In this document: positions 23,907-29,379 of the stretch, piece by piece
Position numbering within the stretch: position 1 is the stretch's first letter
Layout of the letters: each line of letters starts with the position of its first letter
Assembly (NCBI GenBank): GCA_038258625.1
Contig: JBBSPP010000001.1
Location: forward strand, 1 to 29,379
DNA: 29,379 nt
Source of the DNA: Chitinophagales bacterium
GTDB lineage: Bacteria > Bacteroidota > Bacteroidia > Chitinophagales > Chitinophagaceae
Direction of reading: 5' to 3'
Made by a program: the position numbers and the translations under genes
The notes under the pieces: model-generated
Databases searched by the model: none
Seen by the model: the letters and a program-made list of their open reading frames with translations, nothing else
Told to the model about the DNA's origin: nothing

Positions 23907-26900
23907 CTAATGTTTTATGATGAATTTTTTTGTAGCTCGGTGCTCCGCTTTTTGTATTTTCATAAAGTACATTCCATCTGCCAAGGTGGACGTATTTATG
24001 CTTAGTTTGTCCGCATTTTTAATGCTAGGAGCATTTACTTTTTTACCCATAATATTATAAATTTCTACTTGTGCTTTGTCAATGTCTGTGGCTTCTACAA
24101 GCAGCTCATTATCGGTTGGGTTGGGGTAAATTTTTACATCAAATATTCCATTGATGGTTTCGTAAGACAATGGAAAATTAACTGTAAAGTTGTACCGAAT
24201 GTATTTTCCAAAATCACCATTAAAGTTTTTTAGAAATAAACCACTTGTTGAATTTAGACGCAACGAACCCGAGCCATCATTATTTGCCCACCACGAAAAT
24301 CCGTCATCATCATTATCACTAATTAGTAGCGAGAAACAACCATTGGGCAAATTGATAGTGTCTTGTGTAAGAGCCGTATTCGCGGCCACTTTGGAAAACA
24401 CTACATTATTTTGATCGTCTATGATTTCAATTTTAGTTTCGGTAAATGCATTATTAGCCTGATACCGAATTACAAAATCAGCCGGCAGCACATTTGGTAT
24501 TACTACATCGCTGTTCATTTTATTGTTAAGCACATATTCGTCAGTACCACCATTTGGTTTTTCTATTTCTACTTCAAATACATTTCCTGTAGGGCCATTC
24601 AAATTATCCCAAAACCAAACAGGTGCATTTAATTCCACATCTGCCGTTTCCATAAATGCCAAATTGCCTGTCCAATTGTGTGTCCATTTTGCTTTTCCAT
24701 TCAGGCCATATTTAATATCCAAGCTAGTAAGCGTAGTGCTACCCGTATTTTGAATGCGCACTTTTGGACTACGACAAATAGGATTTTCGCGCTCAAATTC
24801 TACCCGCGTACTTGGGTTCATAATATCGGTAATGCGCGCATCGAGCACGTGATTGGGTGTGCCATAGCTCACCAATTCATGATTGACAATATAGCGCGAA
24901 TCGCCGCTAGCTACATCTACATTATAATCAAAACTATGGGTGCTACCAGGGGTTACATGTTGGTCAATATTAAATTCTTGCAAATCTGTAGCCATGCCAG
25001 GGCACCATCCTGCACGGTCATACACCCACGTGCCGCCTTGCGGATAAACAGGATTGGCCGCGCACTCTTTCCATGCTTGCCAACTATATTTTGGAGCACC
25101 ACCATCAATGCTCAGGTGATGATTGCGCGGTATAAATTCGCCCTCCTGACCATGGCCAGTAATTTCGCTACGTATTTTAAATGAAGCCGCCGTACTGGGC
25201 AAGGTAATATTGCGCGGCGGAAAAACTGAATTAGCATTTATACTTTGATAATTGCTACTGCGCTGTGTTCTCCAAATATTATTTATATCCATCACATTGC
25301 GCGGTGGCGTACCTACGATGTACAAAAATTCTACATCCATTTCTTCTTGCCATTCGCCGCCAAAAGTCATGAGCATTCTTTTATTTCCTTTTAGTACAGG
25401 CGTAAAATCAGTCATGTCAAACGTCCATGTTTTTCCTGTAGGACCCAGATCTAAGTTGATTCCGTAGGGAGTAACGAACGACATAATTTGGAATGACATT
25501 GGGCTACGTTGTAAATAGGGCAAATCCACAATATTAATTGTGCCAAAAGGTAATGCAACTTGTGTACTTAGGTAGTTTCCGTTTTCATTAAAATTAGTAA
25601 TATAATTGTTGGCATTCCATAGTGGAGTTTGTGCAGAGTAGCTAATGACATCGTTTAAAATGGTACCTGCATTGCTGGTAATAATTGCGCTATCCATATA
25701 GTTAGGCGGCTGCTCCACTGAATGATAAAAAGTATCTACTACACCAGAAAGGGTGTATGTGCCACGCATAAATTTAATGTCGGGTCGTTCGTTAAAAGCG
25801 GTAAAATCTTTAAACAAATTTTTGCCTTCAATCTCCGCCCAAAAAGTATGAGCCGAAATATTGCCATCACGGTTATTCGGGCTTTGGTCGGTAATCACAT
25901 TGGCTGTGGATTGATCAGCGCTAAGGTCTAATTCTAAATTGCTATAATTGGGGTGTGTATTATCCAATTTTTTACGCATCCAATTTTGAATGTTCGTTTG
26001 CGAAAGTGCCGCAGACCAAATACGAGGGTTATCAATTTTGCCATCAAAAAAAGTATTGTTGAACCCATTGCCAATACGCACAGGCGCAGTATTCACGTTG
26101 GTATTGACGACCGCCGCTTGCTGACTACTAATGGTATCTATTGCGCCATCTACATACAATATTGCTTGGTTCACATTTGTGCCCGAAAACGAAACTGCTA
26201 TATGATGCCACATACTGTCGGTAATAATTTTGGTACCAATTATGTAACCTCCATTTACCTCTAAGCGCAGTTGACCGCCACCGTTTATGCGCACCGTCCA
26301 TTTTCCTGAGGTTGTATTGCTGCCCCAATTTATGATTTCTTTGTTTGCAGTTTTGGTGTTTATCCAAGCCTCCACGGTACGATCAGCCGCGCCGCCAATG
26401 CCATTGTATGTTGGTGTTGTTACATAATTAGTACCATCAAACGATAAATGTTTATCTGCCCAAGTAGAAATTCCCATTGGCAAAGTAGTAGTATGCCCTT
26501 TTAAGGTTGGGAAACTACTTAACCCATTGGGCCAATTAAAACTAAACTCCACCATAATATTTGATACGCCATCCCATACAAAAGGCGTGTGAAATTGTAC
26601 GCGGTCGCCAGCAGTAAAAGCGTAGATAGAATGGTTGTGATTAAATACTTCGGTAAAACCGGTATCTACAGGCGTTGAAGAATTGAGTTGGGTAAGTGTA
26701 GTGTGTTTTAGTTTTACACGCATAAGCCGGGTAGAAATTGTAAGATTGCCGTATAAAAAAAACGCATCGATATTACCCGCCGTAAGACCAGCAGTTGTGA
26801 GTTCGGCTGCAGTATATAAGTACTGGCTGCGCCCATTATAGTAATGCGTGGGTATGGGGTGATGTACATTTGTGGCACCATTGCCTACAGTATAACCAGT

Positions 26901-27320
26901 TTCGGAAATTACGGTTGCCAATGGGCTAGGCTGCAGTTGACGGTATCGATATAAGTTGGGGAATGGACTCCATGGAAAAGTTGAACCTGAAAAACCTGAA
27001 ATGCGATGACTTTTTACATTTGCTGAAAGTGAATCTGCCTTTGTAGAATCTATCACAAAAGTATTGCAGCTATAATCCCATTCGCCGCAACCCTTGTTCC
27101 GATCATTGCCCGTAGATACTTGGGCGCCTTTACAACGCATATTGTAGCGCATCAATATTTTTTCGTAGGTAACGCCCGGCAGGTTGAGGAAACCCACCAC
27201 CGTATCTCGGTTGGCCGAGGTATAATCCCACGCCTTTACACGTATAGTATCGCCCGCTATTTGGGCAAAAGATGCTACCGAAAAAAGAATACTGAGTAGG
27301 AGTGTGCTAATTTTTTTCAT
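23907..27320 (-). CDS. T9SS-secreted peptide-N-glycosidase F-related protein with an inserted LamG domain
   Basis: Signal peptide; CGEWDY; FVTPYG...WTFDMTDFTPVLKG; ITGHG-x-x-G-E-F; W...C-x-x-N-P-x-x-P-Q-G-G-T-W-x-x-x-R-A-G-W-C-P-G; LamG (TVEAWI, WHHIAV, LYVDG, FDGKIDNPRIW); CTD KIYPNPT...GMYFMKI. Confidence 0.85.
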   Translation of the reverse strand: MKKISTLLLSILFSVASFAQIAGDTIRVKAWDYTSANRDTVVGFLNLPGVTYEKILMRYNMRCKGAQVSTGNDRNKGCGEWDYSCNTFVIDSTKADSLSANVKSHRISGFSGSTFPWSPFPNLYRYRQLQPSPLATVISETGYTVGNGATNVHHPIPTHYYNGRSQYLYTAAELTTAGLTAGNIDAFFLYGNLTISTRLMRVKLKHTTLTQLNSSTPVDTGFTEVFNHNHSIYAFTAGDRVQFHTPFVWDGVSNIMVEFSFNWPNGLSSFPTLKGHTTTLPMGISTWADKHLSFDGTNYVTTPTYNGIGGAADRTVEAWINTKTANKEIINWGSNTTSGKWTVRINGGGQLRLEVNGGYIIGTKIITDSMWHHIAVSFSGTNVNQAILYVDGAIDTISSQQAAVVNTNVNTAPVRIGNGFNNTFFDGKIDNPRIWSAALSQTNIQNWMRKKLDNTHPNYSNLELDLSADQSTANVITDQSPNNRDGNISAHTFWAEIEGKNLFKDFTAFNERPDIKFMRGTYTLSGVVDTFYHSVEQPPNYMDSAIITSNAGTILNDVISYSAQTPLWNANNYITNFNENGNYLSTQVALPFGTINIVDLPYLQRSPMSFQIMSFVTPYGINLDLGPTGKTWTFDMTDFTPVLKGNKRMLMTFGGEWQEEMDVEFLYIVGTPPRNVMDINNIWRTQRSSNYQSINANSVFPPRNITLPSTAASFKIRSEITGHGQEGEFIPRNHHLSIDGGAPKYSWQAWKECAANPVYPQGGTWVYDRAGWCPGMATDLQEFNIDQHVTPGSTHSFDYNVDVASGDSRYIVNHELVSYGTPNHVLDARITDIMNPSTRVEFERENPICRSPKVRIQNTGSTTLTSLDIKYGLNGKAKWTHNWTGNLAFMETADVELNAPVWFWDNLNGPTGNVFEVEIEKPNGGTDEYVLNNKMNSDVVIPNVLPADFVIRYQANNAFTETKIEIIDDQNNVVFSKVAANTALTQDTINLPNGCFSLLISDNDDDGFSWWANNDGSGSLRLNSTSGLFLKNFNGDFGKYIRYNFTVNFPLSYETINGIFDVKIYPNPTDNELLVEATDIDKAQVEIYNIMGKKVNAPSIKNADKLSINTSTLADGMYFMKIQKAEHRATKKFIIKH

Positions 27321-27445
27321 GATAAAAAAGGTTTGTTTGTGACTAAAAAATATTGATGGCTAAAAATAAGAAATATTTGCGGCGCGGCAAAAAGTAATAA
27401 AGCAGGCAAACCTATAAGGATCTTAACTCTTTACAGGTTCTTATA

Positions 27446-28024
27446 CTACGGCAGCAACATTCTGTAATCCACCTTGGTTTTTCCTTTGCTGATGTCGTTC
27501 AGTTTTCCTTTGATAATTTTTCGCTTTAGCGGGCTGAGGTAATCAATAAAAAGTACGCCTTCAATATGGTCGTACTCGTGTAATATTATGCGCGCTGTCA
27601 TACCGCCAAAGGTTTTTTCGTGCTCTACGAAATTTTCGTCGAGGTAGTTTATCGTCACAGTTTCGTTGCGGCTTATGTCTTCGCGTATTTTAGGAATGCT
27701 GAGGCAGCCTTCGTTAAATTTCCACGGTGTGCCGCTAGTTTCTACAATATCGGCATTTATAAAAACTTGCTTTATTGCCTCGCCCTCAAACGGATCGTTG
27801 TGGTCGGGGTCTTCGGTGGCGGCATCAGCCAACTGTTGGCTTTCTACCAAAAACAAACGGATAGGAACATTCACCTGCGGTGCTGCCAAACCTACGCCAT
27901 TGCTATAATATAGCGTCTCCCACATATCGTCAATTAGCTTGGTGAGGTTCGGATAGTTTTCGTCAATATCGTCACACTCTTTGCGCAGTACGGGGTGGCC
28001 GTACGCTACTATTGGTAAAATCAT
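27446..28024 (-). CDS. def: Peptide deformylase
   Basis: GVGLAAPQV, EGCLSIP, HEYDH. Confidence 0.98.
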   Translation of the reverse strand: MILPIVAYGHPVLRKECDDIDENYPNLTKLIDDMWETLYYSNGVGLAAPQVNVPIRLFLVESQQLADAATEDPDHNDPFEGEAIKQVFINADIVETSGTPWKFNEGCLSIPKIREDISRNETVTINYLDENFVEHEKTFGGMTARIILHEYDHIEGVLFIDYLSPLKRKIIKGKLNDISKGKTKVDYRMLLP

Positions 28025-28227
28025 GCGGGCAAAGTTCGTGATTTTGTGCTTGCACCACGGGCAATGGTTTATTTTTTTTCAAAAAAAGTTGCAGTGCAAT
28101 TAAAAATGACATTAGTTCACAGCAATGTAATTTTTTGATAATGCAATCTTTCACGGCAACATTTGTATGTAGTTTTACCAACGTTTGTTACTCCTATTGC
28201 GTCTTTTATAGTAGAAAATATAAAATC

Positions 28228-28989
28228 ATGAAACAATTAAATAAATTAACGATCATAGCTCTAATAATTTTTGCATTGGCCAGCTGCACTAAAGACAAAA
28301 AAGTAGCTCGTGAAGCAAACGTAAGTTTTGAATTTCAAAACTATGTGGGCAATGAAAAAGTAACCACTACAGCGGGCACGCCTTATACAAATGCAGCGGG
28401 CAACCCTTACAATGTAAGCATGCTGAAATATTATATTAGCAATATTGTGCTGGTAGATGCTATGGGTAATGAGGTGGCGTTTAATAATCATACGCTTATC
28501 GATGCTTTTGGCGACTTTGAAGATGCCTTGACCGATGCAAAAGTTGTAGCCAATGGCGATTATGTAAAAATGAAATTCTTGTTTGGTGTGGATGCTGACA
28601 ATAATACAACGGGCACACAATCGGGCGATTTGGATCCTAGCCGCGGTATGTTTTGGAGTTGGAACTCGGGCTACATTTTTTCAAAACATGAAGGACAATT
28701 TCAAGATATAACGAATGCTACAAAAAATATAGAATATCATTTGGGCAAGCAAGCAATGGCTACAGAAATTGAAATTCCGCTGACGGGCGTTTCAGTAAAT
28801 GGTAAAACGAAAAGAATTTTTATAAAGTTTGACCTCAATAATATGTATAACAATCCAGTAATAGATTTTAATACGGGCAGCACCTCAAAGCATAGTGGCA
28901 CCGCTGATGCGCAATGGATGAGCGATATGAAAGCAAACCTTGGCGATGTGTTTAGCTATTTAAGCAACGAAGATTTTTTAGAGGAATAA
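28228..28989 (+). CDS. MbnP-family copper-binding lipoprotein
   Basis: Lipobox LASC; LKYYISNI, FGVD-x-x-x-N, GDLDP-x-x-GMFWSWNSGYIF-x-K-x-EG (WxW motif at 28654-28662), YHLG. ATG at 28228 is preferred over the track start. Confidence 0.8.
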   Translation: MKQLNKLTIIALIIFALASCTKDKKVAREANVSFEFQNYVGNEKVTTTAGTPYTNAAGNPYNVSMLKYYISNIVLVDAMGNEVAFNNHTLIDAFGDFEDALTDAKVVANGDYVKMKFLFGVDADNNTTGTQSGDLDPSRGMFWSWNSGYIFSKHEGQFQDITNATKNIEYHLGKQAMATEIEIPLTGVSVNGKTKRIFIKFDLNNMYNNPVIDFNTGSTSKHSGTADAQWMSDMKANLGDVFSYLSNEDFLEE

Positions 28990-29014
28990 GCCATTCCTTT
29001 TTTTATAATTTAAC

Positions 29015-29044
29015 AAAAAGGACTTTCGAATGGAAGTCCTTTTT
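29015..29044 (+). terminator. Intrinsic, potentially bidirectional terminator after the MbnP-family gene
   Basis: AAAAAGGACTTT-CGAATG-GAAGTCCTTTTT hairpin with A- and T-tracts. Confidence 0.75.
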
Positions 29045-29184
29045 CAATTCGAATTTTTGAGTTTGTTGCCTGAGTGTAAAAAAAAAGTATCTTATGAAGT
29101 CATTAGCCACATTCTTTTCTAGTTCGCGGGTTCACGCGCTATCTTGTGCCCGTAATATTTAATTTTTTTTCACTTTACCTTATA

Positions 29185-29379
29185 ATGACCTACCACAAAA
29201 AACTACAAGAGCTAGAAGAAGAGTTTGCCAAAATATTGATGGTTTTTTTACAACATAATAAGGAAGCGCAAGTGGAGGATGGTTTTTTGTCAAAAAATTA
29301 TTTGAAAGCCTACTCCAAAGCCTACTTTAAAATGATAAAAATTATGGATAAAAAACAAAAGTTTTTGGCCATGATGCAC
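29185..29379 (+). CDS. Partial hypothetical protein (runs off the window end)
   Basis: Open frame of 65 codons, MTYHKKLQELEEEFAKILMVFLQH...; helical-looking; no family recognised. Confidence 0.5.
   Translation, partial: MTYHKKLQELEEEFAKILMVFLQHNKEAQVEDGFLSKNYLKAYSKAYFKMIKIMDKKQKFLAMMH

Noticed and set aside
29094-29162. 22-aa ORF MKSLATFFSSSRVHALSCARNI containing a small CGCG hairpin, upstream of the last partial gene
   Set aside because: Too short and featureless to call a leader peptide, and no riboswitch consensus is recognisable.
1-29379. CRISPR arrays, tRNA/rRNA genes, IS elements, prophage and defence systems
   Set aside because: No regularly spaced repeats, cloverleaf or rRNA signatures, transposase/integrase motifs or known defence-gene motifs were seen.

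Overview
A ~29 kb, AT-rich chromosomal segment from a Bacteroidota bacterium, judged from T9SS C-terminal sorting domains, TAnnTTTG -7 promoter boxes and the absence of Shine-Dalgarno sites; the exact lineage cannot be fixed from the sequence. Housekeeping genes (polA, suhB, rbfA, an MsbA-like ABC exporter, comEC, purH, def, a GT2 glycosyltransferase, a WlbA-like oxidoreductase) are interspersed with accessory secreted and lipoprotein genes. I found no rRNA, tRNA, CRISPR array, transposase, integrase or reverse transcriptase. The most interesting observations are five. (1) A module at 13.2-16.6 kb: a divergent all-helical ~500-aa protein of unknown function, an intergenic region with repeated AATTGTAC(C/T)AT motifs, a small T9SS cargo gene with an abrupt internal GC shift, and a collagen-stalked fibre-like protein that has no CTD of its own. 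(2) A T9SS-secreted PNGase F-like protein whose N-terminal catalytic domain is split by a ~500-aa insert that includes a LamG domain. (3) Two convergent gene remnants missed by the ORF track, cysC and the N-terminus of a TIGR03032-like protein, which may be the scar of a deleted sulfation locus. (4) An MbnP-family lipoprotein with no adjacent MbnH peroxidase gene. (5) Several genes whose -7 box lies only 4-5 nt before the start codon, suggesting leaderless transcripts. All family assignments come from motif recognition, not from database searches.
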